Shown here: positions 30,824 through 39,867 of the stretch, one piece after another
Numbering within the stretch: the stretch's first letter is position 1
Layout of the letters: each line of letters begins with the position of its first letter
From: Candidatus Kuenenia stuttgartensis
GTDB taxonomy: Bacteria; Planctomycetota; Planctomycetia; Pirellulales; UBA1268
Direction of reading: 5' to 3'
NCBI GenBank assembly: GCA_945891385.1
Contig: CAMDDJ010000005.1
Coordinates: 5,819 to 69,818, forward strand
DNA: 64,000 nucleotides
Made by a program: the position numbers and the translations under genes
Notes under the pieces: model-generated
Database searches by the model: none
Told to the model about the DNA's origin: nothing
The model's input: the letters and a program-made list of their open reading frames with translations, nothing else

Positions 30824-33361
30824 ATGCCCCGAAGTTCGTCCCGATCGTCGTCAGTTCCTCGCCACCGCAGACCCGACTCGGGCGGCCCGATCGACGACGT
30901 GATGGATCGCTTCCGCGGCTGGTTTGCCGACCGCGGCTGGGAGGTGTTTCCCTTTCAGGAAGAGGTCTGGCGAGCCGCGGCCGCGGGCCAGAGCGGGCTC
31001 GTGCATGCACCGACGGGCACGGGCAAGACCCTGGCCGCTTGGCTCGGCTGCGTGGCCCGGCTGGCGGCCGATCCGATTCCACCGCCGGCCGGCGGGCTGC
31101 GGGTAGTCTGGCTCACGCCGCTTCGCGCCCTCGCGGCCGACACGGCTGCGGCGCTCGCCGAGCCGCTTGGCGGTCTGGGCCCGCTCACCGGCGGCTGGCA
31201 GGTCGATCTTCGCACCGGCGACACGTCGGCGGCCGACCGGCGTCGCCTCCGCGACAACTGGCCAACGGCGCTGGTCACCACACCTGAATCGCTCTCGATC
31301 CTGCTCTCGCTCGACACGGCCCATGAGGTCTTCGCCAACCTCGAGGCGGTGGTCGTGGACGAATGGCACGAACTCCTCTCGACGAAGCGGGGCGTGCAGA
31401 CGGAGCTGGCGCTGGCCCGGCTCCGGGCGATCCGGCCGGGGCTCGTCACCTGGGGACTCTCCGCCACGCTTGCCAACCTCGACGAGGCGGTCGCAGCGCT
31501 CGTGGGCATCGGCCCGGGAAGCCCCCCGCAGGTCGTCTCGGCCGCGATCCCCCGCCGGCTCGAGATCGAGACCCTGATCCCGGAGCCGATGGAACGCTTT
31601 CCCTGGGCCGGCCACATGGGGATGCGACTGCTGCCCCAGGTCGTGGCTGCGCTCGAGCGGGCGGCGACCTCGCTCGTGTTCACCAACACGCGGTCGCAGG
31701 CGGAGCGCTGGTTCGACGCCATCGGCCAGGCGCGACCCGAGTGGAAGCGGCAGCTCGCGCTGCACCACGGGTCGGTGGATCGTGAGCTCCGATCGGCGGC
31801 CGAGACGGGACTCAAGCAGGGCCGGCTCAAGTGCGTCGTGGCCACGTCGAGCCTCGACCTGGGGGTGGATTTCGGGCCGGTCGAGCAGGTCTTTCAGATC
31901 GGCAGTCCGAAGGGGATCGCCCGGCTCTTGCAGCGGGCCGGCCGCAGCGGCCATGCGCCGGGTGCGGTCGGCCGGCTCGTGTGCGTGCCCACCCATGCCC
32001 TCGAACTCATCGAGTGCGCCGCCGCCCGATCCGCGGCCGAGGCCGGCACGGTCGAGGCCCGGCCCCCACTCACCGCCGCGCTCGACTGCCTGGCCCAGCA
32101 CATCGTCACCGTGGCGTGCAGTGGAGGATTTCGCGAAGACGACCTCCGCCGCGAGGTGCAGAGCACCCGGGCCTTCGCCGACCTCGATGAGGCCGCCTGG
32201 CGGTGGGCGATGGATTTCGCCACTCGGGGCGGCCCCGCCCTCGCGGCCTATCCCGACTACGCGCGGATCAAGGAACGATTCGGGCGGTGGTATGTGGCGA
32301 GCCCCGCGATCGCCCGTCGCCATCGGATGAGCATCGGCACGATCGCCGGTGATGCCACGGTCGAGGTGAAGTGGCTGCGGGGAGGCCGGCTCGGCACCGT
32401 CGAGGAGTCGTTCGTCTCACGGCTCAAGGAGGGAGATCGCTTCCTGTTCGCCGGCAAGCCGCTGGTGCTGTTTCGGTTCGACGGGCTGACGGCCTGGGTG
32501 AAGCGGTCGCGGACGCTCGCACCGCTGCAGGTGCCCCGCTGGAACGGAGGCCGGATGCCGCTCTCGACGCTGCTCTCCGAGTCGGTGCTCGACCTCGTAC
32601 GGGGAAGCGCGACCGGCCGCAACCGCCCCCGGGAACTCACCGCCGTCGGGCCGCTGCTCGAGATTCAGGCGCGGTGGAGCCGGCTGCCCGACCGCGACAC
32701 GCTCCTCGTCGAACGGTGGCGGGGCCGCGACGCCGACCACGCCTTCGTCTTCCCGTTCGCCGGCCGACTCGTGCACGAGGGGCTGGCGTCGCTCGTGGCC
32801 TGGCGGCTGGCCAACCGCCGGCCGAGCACGCTCACGATGGCCTTCAACGATTGGGGCTTCGAGATCTCCGGCCGCGACCGGCTGCCGACGACGGCCCGCG
32901 ACTGGCGGCGGCTGTTCTCGACCCGTGACCTGCTCGAGGATCTGCTGGCCTGCCTGAATTCGACCGAGATGGCCCGCCGCCACTTCCGCGAGATCGCCCG
33001 CGTGGCCGGCCTCGTGCAGAGCGGCGGCCGCACCGACCGGCAGACGCAGGCCTCGGCCGGGCTGATCTTCGACGTGCTGGCCGAGTACGACGCCGACAAC
33101 ATGCTGCTCGCCCAGGCCCGGCGGGAGGTGCTCGAGCGGCAGTTCGAGTTTCGCCGGCTGACGGCCTCCCTCGAGCGGATCACCAGCCAAGAGATTCGCG
33201 TGATGGAGACACCCCGGCTGACACCGCTGGCCTTCCCGATCTGGGCGGAGTTCGTCCAGTCTCGGCTCACGACGAAGGACTGGCTGACCCAGATCACCGA
33301 CATGGCCCGCGAACTCGAGACCGCCGCTGCGAAGCCCCCCCAGGGCCATGCGGCAAACTGA
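30824..33361 (+). CDS. ligase-associated DNA damage response DExH-box helicase (Lhr-like)
   Basis: Motif I HAPTGTGKT, motif II DEWH, and a long Lhr-type C-terminal domain. Alternative start at 30902 (MDRFRGWF). Confidence 0.85.
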   Translation: MPRSSSRSSSVPRHRRPDSGGPIDDVMDRFRGWFADRGWEVFPFQEEVWRAAAAGQSGLVHAPTGTGKTLAAWLGCVARLAADPIPPPAGGLRVVWLTPLRALAADTAAALAEPLGGLGPLTGGWQVDLRTGDTSAADRRRLRDNWPTALVTTPESLSILLSLDTAHEVFANLEAVVVDEWHELLSTKRGVQTELALARLRAIRPGLVTWGLSATLANLDEAVAALVGIGPGSPPQVVSAAIPRRLEIETLIPEPMERFPWAGHMGMRLLPQVVAALERAATSLVFTNTRSQAERWFDAIGQARPEWKRQLALHHGSVDRELRSAAETGLKQGRLKCVVATSSLDLGVDFGPVEQVFQIGSPKGIARLLQRAGRSGHAPGAVGRLVCVPTHALELIECAAARSAAEAGTVEARPPLTAALDCLAQHIVTVACSGGFREDDLRREVQSTRAFADLDEAAWRWAMDFATRGGPALAAYPDYARIKERFGRWYVASPAIARRHRMSIGTIAGDATVEVKWLRGGRLGTVEESFVSRLKEGDRFLFAGKPLVLFRFDGLTAWVKRSRTLAPLQVPRWNGGRMPLSTLLSESVLDLVRGSATGRNRPRELTAVGPLLEIQARWSRLPDRDTLLVERWRGRDADHAFVFPFAGRLVHEGLASLVAWRLANRRPSTLTMAFNDWGFEISGRDRLPTTARDWRRLFSTRDLLEDLLACLNSTEMARRHFREIARVAGLVQSGGRTDRQTQASAGLIFDVLAEYDADNMLLAQARREVLERQFEFRRLTASLERITSQEIRVMETPRLTPLAFPIWAEFVQSRLTTKDWLTQITDMARELETAAAKPPQGHAAN

Positions 33362-33373
33362 CGCCACCGGCGA

Positions 33374-33598
33374 GGCTCGGGGGTCGGCGAACGCTCGCGG
33401 AGGCTGGAGGAGTTGTCCGTGCCAATCGAGCGGCGTAGGAAACCGAGCGCAGCCACGATGGCAAAGCGAGGTTTCCTCCGAGTGAGCGAAGGTCAGGATG
33501 ACCGAAGCGAACGTCCGGCGAGATGGCACGGGCAACTCCGGGCTGCGCACTCAGCCCGGGAACGCCCGCGACGCGACTTTTGCCGCCCCCGAGCCGGT
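33374..33598 (+). repeat. family 1 element, copy 2, interrupted by a nested ~130-160-bp insertion
   Basis: The left arm (33374-33402) and right arm (~33565-33598) match the consensus. The central CATCGGGGCGTATCCT is replaced by an insert with 16-bp inverted ends (33410-33425 / 33525-33540). Confidence 0.7.
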
Positions 33599-33702
33599 GC
33601 TACAACTCCTTCGGGTATTCTCCCATGAGTTGAGTTCCGTTCGGACCGGCCTGCGAGGCCGCGGGGCGGACGGCGGAATCTCCATCAAGACAGGCTTTCG
33701 GC

Positions 33703-34083
33703 ATGAGCGATTCGAGTGTCCGCGGCGTCGTCCACCTGATCGAAGAGACCAAGACCTTCGGGCAGAAGGGCTTCCGCAAGCGGCTGGTGGTGCTCGAGCA
33801 GCAGAAGGGCACCTTCACCAACTTCATCCCGCTCGAGTTCGTCAAGGATGGCTGCGATGCGGTCGACGATCTCAGTCTGGGCGACGAGATCGAGGTGAGC
33901 TACCGCCTCAGCGGCCGCCGCTGGCAGCGGGATGCCGCCAGCGAGGTGAAGTTTTTCTTGAGCGCGGAAGCGACTTCCTTTCGGCGGCTCTCCGGCGGGG
34001 ACGACTCGACGGCCGGCCGGAGCAAGGGCATCGATCCCAACGACGCCTTCGCCGAAGCCGCCGACGACGACGTGCCGTTCTGA
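33703..34083 (+). CDS. DUF3127-like OB-fold protein with SSB-type acidic C-terminal tip
   Basis: 126 aa. The core (FRKRLVVLEQQ...IPLEF...GDEIEVSYRLSGRRW) resembles DUF3127. A disordered tail ends in DDDVPF-stop (gac gac gac gtg ccg ttc tga at 34063-34083). Confidence 0.7.
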   Translation: MSDSSVRGVVHLIEETKTFGQKGFRKRLVVLEQQKGTFTNFIPLEFVKDGCDAVDDLSLGDEIEVSYRLSGRRWQRDAASEVKFFLSAEATSFRRLSGGDDSTAGRSKGIDPNDAFAEAADDDVPF

Positions 34084-34178
34084 GGCTCCGCTGCGACGCG
34101 GCTCGAGGCCGGAGTCGTCCGACCCCTCCTGCCGTTCGTAGCCCGGCTGTCCGCTTTCCGCGTTTCCGAGCAATCTGC

Positions 34179-34901
34179 ATGCACTTCGCCGTCATCCAGT
34201 CGCCAGCCGATGCCGCCCTGACCGCGGCCGACGTCGTACTCCTCCCGGGCCGAGCGGCCTATCTCCCCGCCTCAGCCACGCTGCTCGTCGCCGATCTCCA
34301 CCTGGGCAAGGCCGCCACGTTCCGCAGCCAGGGGATCCCCGTGCCCGAGGGATCGTCCGCCCAGGATCTCGCCCGGCTCGTCGCACTCGTGGCCGCGACG
34401 CAGGCCGGACGGCTGCTGATTCTCGGCGACCTGTTCCACGCCCGCAGCGGCTGCACCGCCGAGGTCTTCGCGGAGTTCAGCGCCGCCCGCTCACGCTTCG
34501 CCGGCACGGAGGTGCTGCTCGTGGCCGGCAATCACGACCGGTCGATCGGCCGCTTGCCTCAGGGCATCGGGATCGACTCCGTGCTCCGCACGCTCGATGA
34601 GCCGCCGTTTCATTTCGTGCACGAGCCCGGCACGCCGCTGCCCGAGCCCGACCGCGACGAGCCGTTCACGATCGCCGGCCACCTCCATCCCACGCTCGCG
34701 ATCCGCGCGCCGAGCGGGGAACGGATCGCCGACCGTTGCTTCTATGCGGAGCCGGGACTGCTCGTGCTGCCCGCCTTCGGATCCTTCACAGGCGGCCACC
34801 GGGTGTCGCCGACCGAACGCCGGCAGCTCTGGATCGCCCGCGACGACGGCGTCGCGGACGTCACCCGGCTCGCCCGCCTGGCGGCTGCTCGAGGCTCATG
34901 A
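34179..34901 (+). CDS. pdeM: ligase-associated DNA damage response endonuclease PdeM (metallophosphoesterase)
   Basis: VADLHLGK, LGDLFH and GNHD motifs, 240 aa. Start ATG at 34179 within a longer track ORF. Confidence 0.8.
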   Translation: MHFAVIQSPADAALTAADVVLLPGRAAYLPASATLLVADLHLGKAATFRSQGIPVPEGSSAQDLARLVALVAATQAGRLLILGDLFHARSGCTAEVFAEFSAARSRFAGTEVLLVAGNHDRSIGRLPQGIGIDSVLRTLDEPPFHFVHEPGTPLPEPDRDEPFTIAGHLHPTLAIRAPSGERIADRCFYAEPGLLVLPAFGSFTGGHRVSPTERRQLWIARDDGVADVTRLARLAAARGS

Positions 34902-35760
34902 ACGCGACGTGCAGCCGGTCGAGCAGATCGCGGGCCGTCATCGAGACCACGCCGAGAGCGGCCGCAGCAGCATCGCCCGCCGCCCCGTGCACCCAGACAC
35001 CCAGGCGGGCAGCGGCGAAGGGCTCCATGCCCTGCGCGAGCAAGCTGGCGATCACGCCGGTCAGCACGTCGCCGGTGCCAGCCGTCGCCATGCCGACGTT
35101 GCCGGTCTCGTTGGTCGCCTCACGGCCGGTGCCGATCACGAGGCTGCCGGCGCCCTTGAGCACAACCACGGCAGCCGCGGCCGCCGCGAATCCGGCCGCC
35201 AGCCCGGCAAGCGTCCCGCGGTCACGGGCGGCGGCGTCTCCAGGCTCCCGCGCCGAGAGCCGGAGCATCTCGCCGGCATGGGGCGTGATCACCCGCGGCC
35301 CACCGTGTCGTGCCGGTGAGCCGGGGGGCCGCTGCGCGAGCGCCCAGAGGGCATCGGCATCGAAGACGGCCGGCTGGGGCAACTCCTCCCAGAGCCGGGC
35401 GACCAGCCCGATCACCTCATCGGACCGGCCCAAACCTGGGCCGACCGCCACGGCCGAGGCGGTGGCTGCCCGGGCGAGGATGTCGTCGGCGGCCGCTGCT
35501 GCGAACGTGCCTGCGAAGCCGGAGGCGAGGCCGCGGGTCATCACGCACGGGTCGAAGCCAGCAGCGACCAGCGCTACAGAATCTGGCACGAGGAGCTCGA
35601 CAAGACCCGCCCCGCTCCGCAAAGCCGCCATCGCCGAGAGGGCCGGCGCCCCCGCCATTCCGGCCGAACCGCCCACCACCAGCACGCGGCCGAAGTCTCG
35701 CTTGCTCGCCGCGCATGGCCTGGGAGGCAGCGGCGGCAGGTCGGGCGGAAGCATGACCAT
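34861..35760 (-). CDS. nnrD: ADP-dependent NAD(P)H-hydrate dehydratase (YjeF C-terminal type)
   Basis: FGRVLVVGGS..GAP and GTGDVLTG motifs. Start MVMLPP at 35760. The 3' end overlaps pdeM convergently by 41 nt. Confidence 0.8.
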   Translation of the reverse strand: MVMLPPDLPPLPPRPCAASKRDFGRVLVVGGSAGMAGAPALSAMAALRSGAGLVELLVPDSVALVAAGFDPCVMTRGLASGFAGTFAAAAADDILARAATASAVAVGPGLGRSDEVIGLVARLWEELPQPAVFDADALWALAQRPPGSPARHGGPRVITPHAGEMLRLSAREPGDAAARDRGTLAGLAAGFAAAAAAVVVLKGAGSLVIGTGREATNETGNVGMATAGTGDVLTGVIASLLAQGMEPFAAARLGVWVHGAAGDAAAAALGVVSMTARDLLDRLHVAFMSLEQPPGGRAG

Positions 35761-35856
35761 CGTGGCCGTACCTTGACCGAAACGTCCCGCGGCGGCTACC
35801 CTCCCCCCGTGTTTCCCGCGGAATTTCCGGCCGTCGCGGCGGCCGCCCCGGAGAGT

Positions 35857-36345
35857 ATGTCCCCAATGTGTGCCGCCCCGACGCCCGGCGACGTGTTCGA
35901 CGTCAAGAAGGTTCGCCGCCTGATCGAATTGATGAAGGAGCACGACCTCTCCGAACTCGATCTCCGGCAGGCAGACCATCGAGTCAAGATCCGACGGGGG
36001 GGCGATGTGGTCGCCTACTCGGCACCGGTCGCGGCGGCCCCGCTGGCAGCGGCGCCGGCTGCATCGGCTGCGGTGGCCCCACCAGCGGCCGCCGATGCGC
36101 GGATGCTCATCATCAAGAGCCCCATGGTGGGCACCTTCTACAAGGCTTCGGGGCCCGAGTCGCCCGCGTTCGTCAAGGTGGGCGACCGGATCGGTCCTGA
36201 AAAGACCTGCTGCATCATCGAGGCGATGAAGGTGTTCAACGAGATTCCGGCCGGCGTCTCCGGCCAGGTGGTGGCAGTGCTCGTGGAAAATGGCGCACCG
36301 GTCGAATTCGGCCAGCCGCTGATCAAGGTCGATCCCGAAGCCTGA
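35857..36345 (+). CDS. accB: acetyl-CoA carboxylase biotin carboxyl carrier protein
   Basis: EAMKVFNEI biotinylation motif and an Ala/Pro linker. The start is uncertain (35857 chosen). Confidence 0.85.
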   Translation: MSPMCAAPTPGDVFDVKKVRRLIELMKEHDLSELDLRQADHRVKIRRGGDVVAYSAPVAAAPLAAAPAASAAVAPPAAADARMLIIKSPMVGTFYKASGPESPAFVKVGDRIGPEKTCCIIEAMKVFNEIPAGVSGQVVAVLVENGAPVEFGQPLIKVDPEA

Positions 36346-36421
36346 GCGGCGCCGATCCTTGTCTTCCTGGTCCGGAGCGGAGGCCGGGCCACGACCGGTT
36401 TCCCCACACCAGAAACTGCCG

Positions 36422-37765
36422 ATGTTCAACCGGATCCTGATTGCCAATCGTGGTGAGATCGCCCTCCGCGTCATCCGGGCCTGTCGAGAGCTCGGCATCG
36501 AATCGGTGGCCATCTACAGTGAGGCCGACCGCGACGCTCCCTACCTCGATCTGGCCGACGAGGCGATCTGCGTCGGATCGGCCAAGGCGTCCGACAGCTA
36601 CCTGCGGATCGACCGGGTGATCAGCGCTGCCGAGATCGGCAACGTGCAGGCGATCCACCCCGGCTACGGATTCCTCTCGGAGAATTCCCACTTCGCCGAG
36701 GTCTGCCGCTCCTGCGACATCTGCTTCATCGGCCCGACTCCCGAGGCAATGGAGCGGGTGGGCGACAAGAACTCCGCCCGCGAACTCGCTCGCAAGGCCG
36801 GCGTGCCCACGGTTCCGGGCAGCGACGGGCTCGTCGCGAGCGAGCAGGATGCGGTTCGCGTAGCGCGTGAAATCGGCTTTCCGGTGCTCCTCAAGGCCAC
36901 GGCCGGTGGCGGCGGCAAGGGCATGCGGGTGGCGGCCAACGACCTGTCGCTCTCCAGCGCCTGGCAGCAGGCCTCGGCGGAGGCCCAGGCCGCCTTCGGC
37001 AATCCGGGCATCTACATCGAGCGGTATGTCGAGCGGCCGCGGCACGTCGAGATCCAGATTCTGGGCGACCAGCACGGGCAGATTTTCCACCTCTGGGAAC
37101 GAGACTGTTCCACCCAGCGCCGGCACCAGAAGTTGATCGAAGAGAGCCCGTCTCCGAGGCTCCCGCAGGCCACCCGCTTGGCGATGGCCGATGCGGCCGT
37201 CCGGCTGGCGAATGAGGCCGGCTACTACTCGGCCGGAACGGTCGAATTCATCGTCGACCAGCAGGACAACTTCTACTTCATCGAGGTCAACGCCCGGATT
37301 CAGGTCGAGCATCCCGTGAGCGAGATGGTCACCGGGATCGACCTCGTGAAGGCGCAGATCCGGGTCGCAGCCGGTGAGAAACTCGACCTCCGGCAGGAAG
37401 ACATCGTGCCCCGCGGACACGCGATCGAATGCCGGATCAACGCCGAAGATCCGGCCCACGGATTCCGCCCGAATCCTGGCCTCATCGAACGGATCGTGGC
37501 ACCGGGCGGGTTGGGCGTGCGCTGGGACTCCCACGCCGAGACCGGGTACCGGGTGCCGCCTCACTACGACTCGCTGGTCGGCAAACTGATCGTCCACAAG
37601 CCGACCCGGGCCGAGGCGATCACCACGATGATGCGGGCGCTCAAGGAGCTCCGCGTCGCCGGCATCGCCACGACGGTCCCTCTCCACCTGGAGGTGCTCG
37701 CCAACACGGCCTTCCACGAGGCCACGATCGACACCACCTTCGTTGAGCGGATGCTGGCGGGCTGA
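36422..37765 (+). CDS. accC: acetyl-CoA carboxylase biotin carboxylase
   Basis: [20 protein letters not shown] start, an ATP-grasp domain, 447 aa. Confidence 0.92.
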   Translation: MFNRILIANRGEIALRVIRACRELGIESVAIYSEADRDAPYLDLADEAICVGSAKASDSYLRIDRVISAAEIGNVQAIHPGYGFLSENSHFAEVCRSCDICFIGPTPEAMERVGDKNSARELARKAGVPTVPGSDGLVASEQDAVRVAREIGFPVLLKATAGGGGKGMRVAANDLSLSSAWQQASAEAQAAFGNPGIYIERYVERPRHVEIQILGDQHGQIFHLWERDCSTQRRHQKLIEESPSPRLPQATRLAMADAAVRLANEAGYYSAGTVEFIVDQQDNFYFIEVNARIQVEHPVSEMVTGIDLVKAQIRVAAGEKLDLRQEDIVPRGHAIECRINAEDPAHGFRPNPGLIERIVAPGGLGVRWDSHAETGYRVPPHYDSLVGKLIVHKPTRAEAITTMMRALKELRVAGIATTVPLHLEVLANTAFHEATIDTTFVERMLAG

Positions 37766-37846
37766 CCGGCCGGTCCACACCGAACTCCGTCGGCCGAGTC
37801 CACTCACTCGTTCACCATTCCTTCCCTTTCCTCGAGACACACCTCC

Positions 37847-39157
37847 ATGAGCGAATCCCTCTCCCGTCCTCCGCAGGCCAGTCATCACTTCCGCAAGGTC
37901 GCGATCCTGTTCGCGGGCGGTCCGGCCCCGGCCGCCAACGCGGTGATCTCCACCGCGGCCACGTCGTTCATGCGGAGCGGCACCGAGGTGCTCGGCATGA
38001 AGCACGGCTACTCGTCGCTGGCCGACTTCTCTCCCGCCAAGCCGCTCACCGCCGGCAGTGACTACATCAAGATCACGCCCGAGTTCCTCAAGCGAACCCG
38101 CAGCGGCCAGGGCATCATGCTCGGCACCGCCCGCACCAACCCGGGCAAGCATGTCTCCTCGCCGGCCCACTTCGACGACGCCGAGCGGGTTCGCCCTCTG
38201 GCCAACGTCTACGCCGGACTCCGCAGCCTCGGCGTGGAAGCTCTGATCTCGATCGGCGGCGACGACACCCTCAAGACCGCCAACAAATTCAAGCTCTACC
38301 AAGACCGGCTCCCCGCCGACGCTCCCCGGATCCCGGTGGTGCATCTGCCGAAGACGATCGACAACGACTACATGGGCATCGACTTCACCTTCGGCTACTT
38401 CACCGCCGTCGATTTCCTCGGCGGCGAAATCCGCAACCTGCTCTATGACGCCGAGGCAAGCCGGTCGTATTTCCTCTGCGAGACGATGGGCCGCAGCGCC
38501 GGCTGGCTGTCTTACGGGGCCGCGATCGCCGGCGAGGCGAGCCTCGTGATCAGCGTGGAAGACGTCCACGGCAAGTACCGAGGCGAGGAGACCGTCACCG
38601 AACCCGACGGCACGACCCGGATCAAGCCGGTGATGAACATCGACCTGATCGTCGATCGGATCGTGAAGACGATGCGGGTTCGCCAGGAGCAGGAGGGCAA
38701 GGAATACGGCGTGATCGTGCTGGCCGAGGGCCTGGCGGAGTACCTGCCAGCCAAGAGCCTGGAGGGCATCCCGCGAGACGACCACGGTCACATCTCGATT
38801 TCGCACGTCCAGCTCGGCAAGATGTTCGCCAAGCTCGTATCGGACGAATTCAAGAAGCAGACGGGCCGCTCCCGCAAGGTCGTGGGCCTGCAGCTCGGCT
38901 ACGAGTCTCGCTGCGCCAAGCCCCACGCCTTCGACGTGATGCTCGGCAGCCAACTCGGTGTGGGCGCCTACCGGGCCCTCGCCGAGCGGGGCCTCAACGG
39001 CGTGATGGTGAGCGTGTCGGGCCAGCTCGACCTGAATTACGTCCCCTTCGAGGAACTGGTGAACCCGGAAACCCTCGTCACGGTCGTGCGTTACGTCGAG
39101 CGGGGCAGCGACTTCCACCGCCTGGCCCGGTTTCTCGAGACATACGTGAACGAATAG
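37847..39157 (+). CDS. pfp: 6-phosphofructokinase, probably PPi-dependent
   Basis: GGDDT (Asp instead of Gly) and PKTIDND motifs are characteristic of PPi-type PFKs. Confidence 0.82.
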   Translation: MSESLSRPPQASHHFRKVAILFAGGPAPAANAVISTAATSFMRSGTEVLGMKHGYSSLADFSPAKPLTAGSDYIKITPEFLKRTRSGQGIMLGTARTNPGKHVSSPAHFDDAERVRPLANVYAGLRSLGVEALISIGGDDTLKTANKFKLYQDRLPADAPRIPVVHLPKTIDNDYMGIDFTFGYFTAVDFLGGEIRNLLYDAEASRSYFLCETMGRSAGWLSYGAAIAGEASLVISVEDVHGKYRGEETVTEPDGTTRIKPVMNIDLIVDRIVKTMRVRQEQEGKEYGVIVLAEGLAEYLPAKSLEGIPRDDHGHISISHVQLGKMFAKLVSDEFKKQTGRSRKVVGLQLGYESRCAKPHAFDVMLGSQLGVGAYRALAERGLNGVMVSVSGQLDLNYVPFEELVNPETLVTVVRYVERGSDFHRLARFLETYVNE

Positions 39158-39212
39158 GGGAGTTCGCTTCCGACAGAGTTGACGCCGCCTCGACTCCCGC
39201 CAGGCCGAACAC

Positions 39213-39818
39213 TCACGACTGCGTGAGCGTGCCCTTCGTGCTCGGGATGCCGGGCTGACGGGGATCGGGCTCCACGGCCATGCGAAGGCTGCGTGCCAGG
39301 CCCTTGAAGACCGCCTCGGCGATGTGGTGGCCGTTGCGGCCGTGGTGGAGGACGGCGTGGACGTTCGCTCCCGCCGTGGCCGCGACGCTCTCCCAGAAGA
39401 CCTCGACGAGCTGCGCGTCGAAGCTGCCGATCGTGGGCACGGGAAAGTTCACGGCCAGCACGCAGGCCGACCGGCCGCCGACGTCGACCGCCGCGGTCAC
39501 GAGCGCCTCGTCCATCGGCAGCACAGAGTGGCCATAGCGGCGGATCCCACGGCGCTCGCCCAGAGCCTGGGCCAGCGCGAAGCCGAGCGCCCGACCGACG
39601 TCCTCGACCGTGTGGTGGCCATCGACCTCGAGGTCGCCCTGGCAGGCCACCTGCAGGTCGAACAGGGCGTGGCCGGCCAGGAGCGTGAGCATGTGGTCGA
39701 AGAAGCCCAGGCCGGTCGAAATGTCGGCCCGGCCGGTGCCATCGAGATCGAGGGCCAGGCGGATGTCTGTCTCGTTCGTCGTGCGGGATACGGTAGCGGT
39801 GCGGGACATGGGCGTCAC
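39213..39818 (-). CDS. hisB: imidazoleglycerol-phosphate dehydratase
   Basis: RTTNETDI, GFFDHML and HHTVED motifs. Confidence 0.9.
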   Translation of the reverse strand: MTPMSRTATVSRTTNETDIRLALDLDGTGRADISTGLGFFDHMLTLLAGHALFDLQVACQGDLEVDGHHTVEDVGRALGFALAQALGERRGIRRYGHSVLPMDEALVTAAVDVGGRSACVLAVNFPVPTIGSFDAQLVEVFWESVAATAGANVHAVLHHGRNGHHIAEAVFKGLARSLRMAVEPDPRQPGIPSTKGTLTQS

Positions 39819-39867
39819 GAAGCTGGGCGGGGGGTGGTGGGAGTGGTGCGGATCGAGGGCCGTGGCG

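Noticed and set aside
36323-39118. 931-aa minus-strand ORF
   Set aside because: It lies entirely antisense to accC and the PFK gene, both of which have unmistakable motifs. No motif was recognisable in the long ORF.
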